A DNA stretch of 64,000 bases from an uncultured Azospirillaceae bacterium (GTDB lineage: Bacteria > Pseudomonadota > Alphaproteobacteria > Rickettsiales > UBA3002). The notes under the pieces were generated by a model. That model had not been told where the DNA came from. It saw nothing but the letters and a program-made list of their open reading frames with translations, and did not search any database. Shown here one piece after another: positions 9,978 to 19,781 of the stretch (position 1 is the stretch's first letter; each line of letters begins with the position of its first letter). Location of the stretch: NCBI GenBank assembly GCA_964352815.1, contig CAYGTO010000001.1, positions 154,820 to 218,819 of the forward strand, written 5' to 3'. The translations under genes and the position numbers were made by a program.

Positions 9978-12900
9978 ATGAGCTATCCACAGGTGGAGCC
10001 CAACCCCAATTTTGTGAAACTCGAAGAAGAGGTGCTTGATTTCTGGGAAAAAGAGCAGGTGTTTCAGGTATCGGTTGAGCAGCGTTCGGCGCAAAAGGAT
10101 GGCAAAAATAACGAATTCGTTTTCTATGATGGGCCACCCTTTGCGAACGGTTTGCCGCATTATGGCCATTTGCTCACCGGTTACGTAAAAGACGCCTTTG
10201 CGCGCTATCAGACGATGAAGGGCAAGCGCGTCGAGCGCCGCTTCGGTTGGGATTGCCATGGGCTGCCCGCAGAGATGGGCGCGGAGAAAGAGCTGGGGGT
10301 TTCTGGCCGCGTCGCCATTACCGAGTATGGCATTGAGAAGTTCAATGCCCATTGCCGCGAATCAGTGATGAAATACCGTGATGCATGGCGTGACTATGTT
10401 ACCCGCCAGGCCCGCTGGGTCGATTTTGATAATGATTATAAAACCATGGACACCGACTTTATGGAGTCGGTGATCTGGGCGTTTAAGCAGCTCTTTGATA
10501 AGGGGTTGATCTATGAGTCCTACCGCGTCATGCCCTATAGCTGGGCCGCGGAAACGCCGGTCTCAAACTTTGAAACCAAGCTCGATAATGCGTATCGCGA
10601 GCGGGAAGATAAGGCTGTGACGGTGAAATTTAGACTGGACGAGCCGTTGGAAGTGTTGCCACGTGAAGTGAAAGAGCATATATCGAAAACCCATGCGCTC
10701 GCCTGGACCACCACGCCATGGACCTTGCCATCGAATTTGGCGCTCGCAGTGTCGTCGGAACTGTATTATGCGCCGATTGTGAAAGAGGGCGAAACCCATC
10801 TCATCGCCGCCTCATCAGTAAAACCTTATGCGAAGGAGCTGTTCGGCAAAGAGCAATTTGAAACCGCGCGCTGTATTCTGCGGCCATTCAACGAAGAGGA
10901 TGAAGCGCTGATGGTGTCGTTGCATACCAATACGGAGGTCATGGAAACGGTCAATGATGGGGTGCGCAGCGAAGAAGAAGCCAAGCAAGATCTGAAAGAC
11001 TCGATCAAACGTCAAAAGAAACATGGGTTTGACCAGTTCGCGGTGTTCCACAAAGAAAGCGGCGCCTTCATGGGCCGCGCCGGCTTGTCAATGATTGTGC
11101 AACGAGCGGATGGTGATGAAAAAGATCTAAAGCCAGTGTTGCGCGCTGCGTTGCTCCCTGACTTTTGGAAAGGTGGTTACGGCACAGAGCTATGCCGTTT
11201 CGTGACCATGCTCGGCTTCACACTCTGGGGCTATGATGAGGTGATTGCCGGGGCGCTCGAGAATAATCCGCCTAGCCACCGCATGATTGAGCGCGTTGGA
11301 TTTAAGAAAGTCGACACGGTCATGTATAAACGCATGATGGGTCCATTTTTTACCTGTTCAAAAGAAGATTTCTTCGCCGCGAGTTTGGTGAAGGGCAGCG
11401 ATCTGGTGGGCAAGGAATATGCGCCGCTTATGCCGTATTTTGCAGGCCATGAAAATGCGTTCCGCATTCTCGCCGGCGACTTTGTCGAAGAGGGAGAGGG
11501 AACAGGGATCGTCCATATGGCGCCGGCCTTCGGTGAGGATGACCAAAAGCTTTGTGAAGCGAGCGGCATTGCGCTGGTCTGCCCGGTCGATGAGAAGGGA
11601 CGCTACACTGAAGAGTTGCGCGCGGTTAAGAATGCACCCGAGCTGACCGGTATGCATGTCATCTGGGATGAGGCGAGTAATCATAAAGAAACGGGCAATG
11701 AAGCGGTCATTCAGTATTTGAAGTCGACAGGCCAGCTGCTGAAACAAGAGCAATATCTCCACAATTACCCGCATTGCTGGCGGACGGACACGCCGCTGAT
11801 TTACCGCGCCCTGTCGAGCTGGTATGTCAAGGTGACGGACATTAAAGACCGTATGGTCGAGAAGAATCAGAATATCAACTGGGTTCCGGGACATATTCGT
11901 GATGGCGCGATGGGCCATATGCTTGACACTGCGCCCGATTGGTCAGTCTCGCGCAACCGTTTCTGGGGGACGCCCGTGCCAGTGTGGCGCTCGGATAATC
12001 CGGAGAATGACGAACTGTATGTCTTTGGCTCGATCGCGGAGCTGGAAGATTTCTTCGGCAAGCAAGTGGTCGATCTGCACCGCCCCTATATTGATGAGCT
12101 GACTAAGCCCGATCCGCAGAATTCGGACTATACGATTCGCCGCGTCGAGGAAGTGTTCGATTGCTGGTTCGAATCCGGCTCCATGCCGTATGCGCAGGTA
12201 CATTACCCGTTTGAGAATAAGGACTGGTTCGAAACCCATTTCCCCGCGCAGTTCATCACCGAATATATCGGTCAGACGCGTGGCTGGTTTAACACGCTGA
12301 TCTCGCTTTCGACCGCGCTGTTTGACACCAATCCGTTCGAGAATTGCGTGTGTCACGGGGTGGTGATTGATGCGGAGACCGGGCTAAAATACTCCAAGCG
12401 CCTGAAGAATTATAAAGACCCGAAAGAAGTGTTCGATAGCTATGGCGCCGATGCGCTGCGCTGGATGATGCTAGCCTCGCCGGTGATGCGCGGCTCTGAC
12501 ATTGGCGTAGACCCGGAAGGTGCGTTTATTCGTGATGTCGTGCGGCTCTATATCAAGCCGTTCTGGAGCGCCTATCATTTCTTCACGCTCTATGCGAATT
12601 CGGATGGGTTGACCGGTTCGTTGGTGACAAACTCAGAGAATGTGCTCGATCGGTATATTTTAGCGAAGCTCAAGAGCACGGTCACGAAAATCGACGAATC
12701 ACTTGCGGCCTATGATTCGCCAACGGCCTGCACTGCAGCGAGCCAGTTTTTTGATGTGCTGAATAATTGGTATATTCGCCGCAGCCGCGAACGGTTCTGG
12801 TCGCCAGAAAAGAATGCCGATAAGCAAGCGGCTTACAATACGCTCTATACGGTATTGCATCATATGGCGGCAGCTCTTGCGCCACTTTTGCCGCTGGTGA

Positions 12901-13787
12901 GTGAGTCGGTCTATCGGGGATTGAAAGGTTTCGGGTCTCAGGTGTCAGGTTCCAGTGAAATCGTCCAGAAACCTGATCCCCGGAACCTGGAACCTAATAT
13001 ATCAGTTCACCTTATCGATTTTCCCGATGTTTCAGCGCTCTCGGACGAAACCGAACTGGTCACCGACATGGACCGGGTGCGCGACACCTGTAACACGATT
13101 CTCTCTATCCGTAACGAAACCAATATCCGCATTCGTCAGCCGCTGGCCTCGGCGACGCTCTATGGCGAAGGCGCGACGCGTCTCAAACCGTTCGAGCAGC
13201 TGATTGCCGATGAGGTGAATGTCAAAGCGGTGACCTTTTCCGATGATTTGGATGCGGTGGCGGAGCGATGCTTGAGTGTGAATTTCAAAGTTGCTGGGAA
13301 GCGCTTAGGCGCGAAAATGAAAGCGGTCGGCGCGGGTGCGAAGCAAGGCGATTGGCAGGTGAATGACCAAGGACAAATGGTAGTTGCGGGCGAGGTGCTT
13401 GAGCCGGAAGAATATAGCCTGACGCTCACGGCCAAAGGCGAGACCCAAGGCGCACAGGCGCTGGCGAGTAATGATGCGATCGTGGTACTCGACACAGACA
13501 TCAGCGCGGAACTCGCACGCGAAGGGCTCGCGCGGGATGTGGTGCGTGCAGTGCAGCAGGCACGTAAAGATGCGGGGCTGAATGTCGCCGATCGGATTAT
13601 TCTCTTCGCAGAGGCCGGAAGCGATGTTAGCAGCGCGATTGATACGCATCGTGATTATATCGCCGAACAAACCCTCGCGCATGCGATTGAGTTATCAGCC
13701 CCATCTGAAGAAGGGTTCAGCGCACAATCGCAGATCGGCAGCGAGTCGGTGACCCTTTACATCCATAAACATGCAGACGCTGCATGA
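9978..13787 (+). CDS. ileS: isoleucine--tRNA ligase, type 2 (long C-terminal extension), carrying an inserted GNAT domain
   Basis: PHYGH (HIGH), GWDCHGLP, TTTPWTLPSN, YPHCWR, DWSVSRNRFWGTP, and KYSKRLKN (KMSKS-type). The start is taken at MSYPQVEPNPNF (ATG 9978), 30 nt inside the tracked ORF. Confidence 0.93.
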   Translation: MSYPQVEPNPNFVKLEEEVLDFWEKEQVFQVSVEQRSAQKDGKNNEFVFYDGPPFANGLPHYGHLLTGYVKDAFARYQTMKGKRVERRFGWDCHGLPAEMGAEKELGVSGRVAITEYGIEKFNAHCRESVMKYRDAWRDYVTRQARWVDFDNDYKTMDTDFMESVIWAFKQLFDKGLIYESYRVMPYSWAAETPVSNFETKLDNAYREREDKAVTVKFRLDEPLEVLPREVKEHISKTHALAWTTTPWTLPSNLALAVSSELYYAPIVKEGETHLIAASSVKPYAKELFGKEQFETARCILRPFNEEDEALMVSLHTNTEVMETVNDGVRSEEEAKQDLKDSIKRQKKHGFDQFAVFHKESGAFMGRAGLSMIVQRADGDEKDLKPVLRAALLPDFWKGGYGTELCRFVTMLGFTLWGYDEVIAGALENNPPSHRMIERVGFKKVDTVMYKRMMGPFFTCSKEDFFAASLVKGSDLVGKEYAPLMPYFAGHENAFRILAGDFVEEGEGTGIVHMAPAFGEDDQKLCEASGIALVCPVDEKGRYTEELRAVKNAPELTGMHVIWDEASNHKETGNEAVIQYLKSTGQLLKQEQYLHNYPHCWRTDTPLIYRALSSWYVKVTDIKDRMVEKNQNINWVPGHIRDGAMGHMLDTAPDWSVSRNRFWGTPVPVWRSDNPENDELYVFGSIAELEDFFGKQVVDLHRPYIDELTKPDPQNSDYTIRRVEEVFDCWFESGSMPYAQVHYPFENKDWFETHFPAQFITEYIGQTRGWFNTLISLSTALFDTNPFENCVCHGVVIDAETGLKYSKRLKNYKDPKEVFDSYGADALRWMMLASPVMRGSDIGVDPEGAFIRDVVRLYIKPFWSAYHFFTLYANSDGLTGSLVTNSENVLDRYILAKLKSTVTKIDESLAAYDSPTACTAASQFFDVLNNWYIRRSRERFWSPEKNADKQAAYNTLYTVLHHMAAALAPLLPLVSESVYRGLKGFGSQVSGSSEIVQKPDPRNLEPNISVHLIDFPDVSALSDETELVTDMDRVRDTCNTILSIRNETNIRIRQPLASATLYGEGATRLKPFEQLIADEVNVKAVTFSDDLDAVAERCLSVNFKVAGKRLGAKMKAVGAGAKQGDWQVNDQGQMVVAGEVLEPEEYSLTLTAKGETQGAQALASNDAIVVLDTDISAELAREGLARDVVRAVQQARKDAGLNVADRIILFAEAGSDVSSAIDTHRDYIAEQTLAHAIELSAPSEEGFSAQSQIGSESVTLYIHKHADAA
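10863..11381 (+). other. in-frame RimJ/RimL-type GNAT N-acetyltransferase domain inserted within ileS
   Basis: ILRPFNEEDEALM..., FWKGGYGTELCRFV, ENNPPSHRMIERVGFKKV. Flanked by IleRS sequence ...KELFGKEQFE and SLVKGSDLVGKEYAPLMPYF. Confidence 0.75.
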
Positions 13788-14782
13788 GTAAGAACGTCCT
13801 ACAGTTCGGCATTGTCGGGGCCGGCGCTTGGGGAACGACATTAGCGATGCTCGCGACCCGTGCAGGGAGTCGCGCCATGCTCTGGTCACGCAATGAAAAT
13901 GTAGTCCAGGCGATTACCGATGAGCGCATGAATAGCGTGTATTTGCCTGGCGTGTATCTTGACCCATCGATTGAAATTACCAGTGAGCTAGGCGATCTGT
14001 CTGAATGCGATGTAATCATTATGGCGATTGCCTCACAGTCGCTGCGCGCGCAATGTATTGCTATGTCTGACCTTCTGCCGAGCAAAGTGCCGCTGATGAT
14101 CGCATGTAAGGGGATTGAGCGCGGCAGTTTGATGTTGATGCATGAGGTGGTGGAGACGATTCTGCCACAAAACCCGGTGGCGGTAATCTCGGGGCCCAAT
14201 TTCGCCAGTGAAATTGCGAAGGGACTGCCCGCGGCGACGGTGATTGCCTCGGCGCATCGGGACCTTTCAGAAAAGCTCTCCTATGCGATTGGTGGGCGCT
14301 ATTTCCGGCCCTATCTGACGGATGATGTGGCGGGGGTCGAAATGGGCGGCGCCATTAAGAATGTGATCGCGATCGGCGCGGGAATCGCGGCGGGACGTGA
14401 GCTGGGCGATAATGCCCGCGCGGCGATTATTACCCGTGGGGTGATGGAAATGCAGCGTTTGGCAGACATTAAAGGCGGGAGGCCTGAAACCCTGACCGGT
14501 TTGGCAGGGCTGGGAGATTTGATGCTCAGCTGTTCGTCGCTACAATCGCGGAACATGTCTCTGGGTTATCGTATTGGAAGAGAAGCCACGTCGAAAAGCA
14601 AAGAAAAGGGCACACAGGGGTTAACCGAAGGGGTGATTACCGCAGCATCGGTGGCTCAATTGGCGCAAAAACAAGGGGTTTCAGTACCTATTTGTGAAAT
14701 AGTGCACCGTATTTTGTCTGATGAGGTGAGTGTGGATCAGGCAATTCAACACCTTATTTCCCGCCCGTTTGTGGATGAATAG
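13784..14782 (+). CDS. gpsA: NAD(P)H-dependent glycerol-3-phosphate dehydrogenase
   Basis: N-terminal GAGAWGT, GPNFA.EIA, NVIAI..GI. The start ATG overlaps the ileS stop (ATGA). Confidence 0.9.
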   Translation: MSKNVLQFGIVGAGAWGTTLAMLATRAGSRAMLWSRNENVVQAITDERMNSVYLPGVYLDPSIEITSELGDLSECDVIIMAIASQSLRAQCIAMSDLLPSKVPLMIACKGIERGSLMLMHEVVETILPQNPVAVISGPNFASEIAKGLPAATVIASAHRDLSEKLSYAIGGRYFRPYLTDDVAGVEMGGAIKNVIAIGAGIAAGRELGDNARAAIITRGVMEMQRLADIKGGRPETLTGLAGLGDLMLSCSSLQSRNMSLGYRIGREATSKSKEKGTQGLTEGVITAASVAQLAQKQGVSVPICEIVHRILSDEVSVDQAIQHLISRPFVDE

Positions 14783-14950
14783 AGGTTAAATTACTGATAA
14801 ATATATGCTTTTTCTTCGGGCGAAGTGAGCGCCTTTCATTCACCTGCGACTAAGCATTATATATCAACTCGATACTCGATATCCTCGTTTCATACAATGC
14901 TAGTCTCAGAGAGATTTTCGTAAAAACGATTCTCAATCGTTTTTTCTCAA

Positions 14951-14967
14951 TCTTCATAAAACTGTCA
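14951..14967 (+). promoter_or_regulatory. shared upstream motif copy A (TCTTCATAAAACTGTCA) plus TATAAT 22 nt downstream
   Basis: Identical 17-mer to 26617-26633. TATAAT lies at 14990-14995, upstream of the ORF at 15017/15029. Confidence 0.45.
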
Positions 14968-15016
14968 CGTTTCTCCCTGCGTAGTTAGTTATAATAAGAC
15001 TATAGAAATGTAACTA

Positions 15017-16054
15017 TTGAACAGAATTATGGCATCGTTAGACGATAAATATGGCGGAGAAAACGCAGGCGCATTAAGGCGCTGGGCGAACTGGATCAAA
15101 AAGACCGGTAAAGCCATCAACCAATTCGGATTCATTATCCCATTTGCGAAAAGCATTGCGAATGGCTTTACTAGCTTATTTGGTGACGCAGCGATCAAGG
15201 CATCGGATGGATTTGGAACGCTGAGTGACTCCGCGCTTCGAGAAGTAGCAGATAGCGCTGGCCTCGAAGTTGCTGCAGATGCAACATCAGATCAGATTAA
15301 AAACGCTTTGACTGATGCAAGCCCTGAAATTCAGTCAGCATTTACTGAATCACTGCCAGATTTTGCTGGAATTACAGACGGAAGTTTCTTCGATACTGCC
15401 CTATTTGACTGGGCTGGGGCATCCGCGACGGCAGATGCTCTGAGTAAGTTGACTGGCATTGGTTTTGTGCTGGGTATTCTCCAAGCTGCGGCTGGATCCA
15501 TCTTTACCTTCGTTGGTAACGTCATGATCGGTGCTGATAATCTGATTAAAGGTCAATATAACAAGGCAATCAAGGAAGCGGTTGCTGGAACAGTAGAAAC
15601 TGGCATTGAAGCATCTTATGGTCTAGGAGCTGCATTCTTGAATATGCCAGGCATCAGCTGGGTGCCATGGGCGCTGAACTTGCCGAGTTTGATCGGTACC
15701 GGAAAATATGTATCAACCCACGCCTATGAAGCAACGATGGATGCGATGGACCATGTGGTGGGCAAAGACGAAACACAAGGCTCATTCATGGAGCGTAATT
15801 TCCCTGGTTTGTCTATGCAAAGCCTGCGTGCACAGCCCGCAGCGTTAGCGATGACGCCAGCGATGGCCGCTATTCCGGCCTATGCTGCGCCACAGCCAGC
15901 GCCAGGCTACGGCCCAACGCATTGGCAGCAACGCCGCGCGGATGAGCTGGGTATGGGGCTAGACCAACTCCAGCAGCAGCGTGGCATGACGGATTTACAG
16001 CAAGCCCGCGCCGCACGTGCAGAACAGCTTGCATTAGAGGAATCACGCGCTTAA
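15017..16054 (+). CDS. hypothetical protein with Gly/Ala-rich hydrophobic core and Gln/Arg-rich tail
   Basis: No recognisable family. The tracked start is TTG; the ATG at 15029 (MASLDD) is more likely. Glycine-zipper-like segment GIGFVLGILQAAAGSIFTFVGNVMIG. The C-terminus is Pro/Ala- then Gln/Arg-rich. Confidence 0.5.
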   Translation: MNRIMASLDDKYGGENAGALRRWANWIKKTGKAINQFGFIIPFAKSIANGFTSLFGDAAIKASDGFGTLSDSALREVADSAGLEVAADATSDQIKNALTDASPEIQSAFTESLPDFAGITDGSFFDTALFDWAGASATADALSKLTGIGFVLGILQAAAGSIFTFVGNVMIGADNLIKGQYNKAIKEAVAGTVETGIEASYGLGAAFLNMPGISWVPWALNLPSLIGTGKYVSTHAYEATMDAMDHVVGKDETQGSFMERNFPGLSMQSLRAQPAALAMTPAMAAIPAYAAPQPAPGYGPTHWQQRRADELGMGLDQLQQQRGMTDLQQARAARAEQLALEESRA

Positions 16055-16091
16055 GAGGTGTGACAAACAGACAATAATTCAGTAAACTAAT

Positions 16092-16640
16092 ATGGTAGAT
16101 ACAATGAATCAGGCAGCACACGACATGGCTCAATTAGAGCATAATTATTACGATATCAGCCAGCTTTATGATATGGCGGAGGAGCTTGCGGAGACGATTG
16201 ACCGTGCGCATGTTGCCGACCCTAAGGCACAGCTTGCGCTGATGGAGCCGCTCATTGAGCAGGTTAGCGAGTCAGCGGAAGTGCTGGAAGAAGAATATTT
16301 GACCCTCGCAGGCGGCAATGTTCGCCACAAAGCAAAGGTCAAAAGCAAAGTTGAAAGCGCGCTACGCAAAATTTTCACCGCGATTGATGCGTATGGACAA
16401 GCGGTTGGACGTGAAGCAGGTGAAGCGATTGATAATATTAAAAATGTTGCCGATCCGATTGTGCGCAAAATGAAGCGTCATATGGAAACCATTATTGGTC
16501 ATTTCCTAGCCCTTATTGACCTATCACTCGATATGGTCATGCATAAGAACGATATTGAAGAGCTGAAGCGCCGCCATTCACAGATTGCAGCGATGCTTCA
16601 CGCGGCGAGCCAAGGGCATGTGCCTGGGCAGCAGGTCTAA
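16092..16640 (+). CDS. hypothetical acidic all-helical protein
   Basis: Starts 37 nt downstream of the previous ORF. Highly acidic N-terminal half and predicted helical. No family recognised. Confidence 0.5.
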   Translation: MVDTMNQAAHDMAQLEHNYYDISQLYDMAEELAETIDRAHVADPKAQLALMEPLIEQVSESAEVLEEEYLTLAGGNVRHKAKVKSKVESALRKIFTAIDAYGQAVGREAGEAIDNIKNVADPIVRKMKRHMETIIGHFLALIDLSLDMVMHKNDIEELKRRHSQIAAMLHAASQGHVPGQQV

Positions 16641-16653
16641 TATGAAATGACAT

Positions 16654-16682
16654 AAAAAAGGGAGCCAATCGGCTCCCTTTTT
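16654..16682. terminator. bidirectional rho-independent terminator
   Basis: AAAAAA-GGGAGCC-aatc-GGCTCCC-TTTTT between convergent genes (16640 end and glnA end 16704). Confidence 0.8.
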
Positions 16683-16703
16683 CGTTTATGTGATTTAGCG
16701 TAA

Positions 16704-18119
16704 CTACACTGAATAATACATCGCGAATTCGACAGGGCTTGGAGTTTGATCCAAGCGCGCTACTTCTTCTTCCTTCAGCTCAATATAGCCATCGATTAGC
16801 TCGTCATTGAACACACCACCGGCTTTCAGGAACTCACGATCTTCATCGAGTGCTTTCAGCGCCTGACGCAGGGAGCTACAAATCGCGGGAATATCTTTAG
16901 TCTCTTCTTTCGACAGAGAATACAGATCTTTTTCAAGCGCTTCACCTGGGTCGATCTTATTCTTAATCCCGTCAAGGCCAGCCATCAGCAGCGCGCTGAA
17001 GGTGAGGTATGGGTTACCCGCAGAATCCGGGAAACGGGTTTCCAAACGTTTCGCTTTCGGGCTCGCCACATGCGGAATCCGGATCGATGCCGAACGATTC
17101 CGCGATGAGTAGCAGAGGAGTGTCGGCGCTTCATAGCCTGGCACCAAGCGCTTATAGCTGTTGGTTGAGGCATTCGTGAACGCATTGAGTGCGCGCGCAT
17201 GCTTGATCACGCCGCCAATGTAGTGCAGGCACATGTCAGACAGGCCCGCATATTTATCACCTGCAAAAAGTGGTGTATTACCTTTCCAGATCGACTGGTG
17301 CACATGCATTCCTGATCCATTATCATTTGCAACAGGTTTCGGCATAAAGGTCGCCGTTTTGCCAAATTCATGCGCGACCATTTGCACGACATATTTATAT
17401 TTTTGAACATTATCAGCAGTTTGCACCAATGTGCTAAAGTTAATTCCGAGCTCATTCTGTGCTGGTGCCACCTCATGGTGGTGCAACACAGGTTCAATGC
17501 CCACTTCCGCTAAGCGGCGCAAACATTCCGAACGTAGCTCCGCCATCGAATCCACTGGAGGTACGGGGAAATAGCCACCTTTAATACCAGGGCGGTGACC
17601 CATATTACCGAAGTCGAAATCCTTACCAGTGTTGATTGGCGACTCTTCCGCATCGAGGCGGTAGAAGCTACCCATCATGCCAAGATCGTAACGCACATCG
17701 TCAAAGACGAAGAATTCAAGCTCAGGGCCAAAAAATGCTTTATCACCAATACCAGTCTCTTTCAGATAAGCTTCCGCACGCAGTGCAGTCGAACGGGCAT
17801 CACGCTCATAGGCTTTTCCGTCCGATGGTTCAATCACATCGCAAAATACGATCGCCGTTGGGTGGCTGGCGAATGGGTCCATAAACGCCGTGTTGCCATC
17901 TGGCATTAGAATCATGTCAGATTCGTTAATATCTTTCCACCCTGCGATCGAGGAGCCGTCAAACATGATGCCATCTTTCATCAGATCTTCGTCGACTTGG
18001 TTGACGTAGTATGTGGTGTGCTGCCATTTCCCGCGTGGATCAGTGAAGCGGAAATCAACGAATTCTGCGTTATTTTCTTTTAAAAGTGAGAAAAATCGGG
18101 TTGTACCGTCTTTCGACAT
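16704..18119 (-). CDS. glnA: glutamine synthetase, type I
   Basis: 471 aa; FDGSSI.GW, ELEFF.FD, KP...DNGSGMH.H.S, and the NLYDLP-like region (KDLYSLS) characteristic of GSI. Confidence 0.93.
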   Translation of the reverse strand: MSKDGTTRFFSLLKENNAEFVDFRFTDPRGKWQHTTYYVNQVDEDLMKDGIMFDGSSIAGWKDINESDMILMPDGNTAFMDPFASHPTAIVFCDVIEPSDGKAYERDARSTALRAEAYLKETGIGDKAFFGPELEFFVFDDVRYDLGMMGSFYRLDAEESPINTGKDFDFGNMGHRPGIKGGYFPVPPVDSMAELRSECLRRLAEVGIEPVLHHHEVAPAQNELGINFSTLVQTADNVQKYKYVVQMVAHEFGKTATFMPKPVANDNGSGMHVHQSIWKGNTPLFAGDKYAGLSDMCLHYIGGVIKHARALNAFTNASTNSYKRLVPGYEAPTLLCYSSRNRSASIRIPHVASPKAKRLETRFPDSAGNPYLTFSALLMAGLDGIKNKIDPGEALEKDLYSLSKEETKDIPAICSSLRQALKALDEDREFLKAGGVFNDELIDGYIELKEEEVARLDQTPSPVEFAMYYSV

Positions 18120-18365
18120 GTGGAAAGCTCCATAATAATTTACATTCTCCGGCTAAATTCATGGAGTTATACTGGCATTGCTGCGCCTGCGAAAGGACGG
18201 AGTGGTTTTTGTCCTCAGTCTGTGGATTAAATTCATAATATATTGATTTATATGTTTTTACTTAAATAGGCGATGAAGAGGTGGCCAGCAGGCGGCCTTT
18301 TGGGTCGATGGAGGCGTTAAGCGCATCGCATAAACCGAAAAGCCGAGCAAAAGCAGCCATAAATG

Positions 18366-18379
18366 TCATCAAACTGTCA
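18366..18379 (+). promoter_or_regulatory. shared upstream motif copy C (TCATCAAACTGTCA) plus TACATT 22 nt downstream
   Basis: 13/14 match to the core of copies A and B. TACATT lies at 18402-18407, upstream of the ORF at 18447. Confidence 0.4.
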
Positions 18380-18446
18380 TCCACTTATGCGCTCAGAATG
18401 GTACATTAAGTGATTAGGAAATAATGATTTCAGTGGTTTAAGGTAT

Positions 18447-19781
18447 ATGCCTAGAGAGATTCAGATTCAACCTACCGAACGCGAACGTGGCTATCTAGCT
18501 AGCCCCAAAACGGACGCGATTGGCAAATTTGCCAAAGGTCTGCTCAATCTCGTTCGTAATTATGCGGGTATGACGCGAAATGGCACTGTTGCCGATGCGG
18601 CAAGGGGTTTGACGGGCTTACTTCATGAAAATGACTTCATGGTGGAGCCTGAAATTGTGTATGCGTGGCTTTTGGGGCAGGATATTCCACGTGATACATT
18701 AAAAGATGCGGTGGCGAGTTCGATGCCGCTCAATGGAGTTCTGGGGTATTATGAAACCTCTTATGAGAATGCGGCAGCATCGCTGATGGATGCGGAAGGG
18801 AAGTGGCCAGGGATTGAAATTATTCCGGTGGATGAAGGAAAGGCGAGAGCCAGAGCTGAGGGGAGCCGCTCTGTGGACACAAAGCGTTCGCGCAGAGGTG
18901 TGCATGATCGCATCAAAGACCGGCCAAGTTTGCCACCAAGACGCCACCAAGGCAATATATTATATCGTGAGCTTCTAGATACAGAAATTGAAGACATGAT
19001 TAATGGGCCAAAGGGTGTGGCCACAGAGAACTTTTTTGAGCTTATTACCTGTATGGTTCGGCGTGATTACGAGAGCAATGCAGAAGCAGCGGATAATCTA
19101 GAACCAGAAAGTTGGGCGAATCATGATGATCGTGACTCAGCACTTGGAGAGTATATTAGAGGAGAAAAATTCCCGCCATTATCGCTTCGCAATGTAATGA
19201 GACAAAAGCTCTGCAAGAATGATGCGGAGCGGTCTAGGTTCGATCAGCTCTGGCTTGGAAATATAAAACGAGTGCTCTCAGATCCTTCGTGCGATAGTTA
19301 TACATTCAGCTCTATCCTAACTACTTTAGAAAAAGAGTACTTTATAAAAGCCCTTGATATTGTCCGCATACAAAGCGAAGAAGGTATTGAGCAAGAAGAA
19401 ATATTATACTTCTTACCACGTTCTCAAGGAGAATATCTGAAATATGTGCGCTATGCTAACGGTATTGGTAGGTCTGAAGTAGCTCACGAAACTGGTTGTG
19501 CTGAAACCACCATCGGAGACGCTGAGAATCTACATAAATCTTACTCGGTCGAAGATAACATCAGGCGACGTCTTTGCACGTTTTATCGGGAACGTGACGC
19601 CGCTCAAGGACGGGGAGTGTTTTTTGAAGAAGCGTATCAATCACTACCAGGTTGTCTGCCCAAAGCACAGAAAAAGTCTAAAGAAAGAGTGGGGTTAGAG
19701 GACGTGCCAGGCTCAATTGCCGTCCAAGCCGCAGAGCTACAAGGCTTTGCCAGTGACGTCCTCGCCTCACGTGCGATCTAA
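18447..19781 (+). CDS. hypothetical protein, possible degenerate HTH modules
   Basis: 444 aa with no clear family. The C-terminal part (GEYLKYVRYANGIGRSEVAHETGCAETTIGDAEN) resembles an XRE-type helix-turn-helix. Confidence 0.45.
   Translation: MPREIQIQPTERERGYLASPKTDAIGKFAKGLLNLVRNYAGMTRNGTVADAARGLTGLLHENDFMVEPEIVYAWLLGQDIPRDTLKDAVASSMPLNGVLGYYETSYENAAASLMDAEGKWPGIEIIPVDEGKARARAEGSRSVDTKRSRRGVHDRIKDRPSLPPRRHQGNILYRELLDTEIEDMINGPKGVATENFFELITCMVRRDYESNAEAADNLEPESWANHDDRDSALGEYIRGEKFPPLSLRNVMRQKLCKNDAERSRFDQLWLGNIKRVLSDPSCDSYTFSSILTTLEKEYFIKALDIVRIQSEEGIEQEEILYFLPRSQGEYLKYVRYANGIGRSEVAHETGCAETTIGDAENLHKSYSVEDNIRRRLCTFYRERDAAQGRGVFFEEAYQSLPGCLPKAQKKSKERVGLEDVPGSIAVQAAELQGFASDVLASRAI

Noticed and set aside
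11358-11918. 186-aa minus-strand ORF, plus many other 60-190-aa ORFs nested in ileS, the RND pump, pilB, dnaA and other genes
   Set aside because: All of them overlap strongly supported genes on the opposite strand or in another frame. They show skewed Arg/Ser/His composition, and none has an RBS or a recognisable motif.
18120-18446. Looked for an NtrC/sigma-54 promoter upstream of glnA
   Set aside because: There is no GCAA-N5-GTGCCA (minus-strand TGGCAC-N5-TTGC) in the 327-bp region. The TGGCATTGCTGC at about 18174 is on the wrong strand and has wrong spacing.
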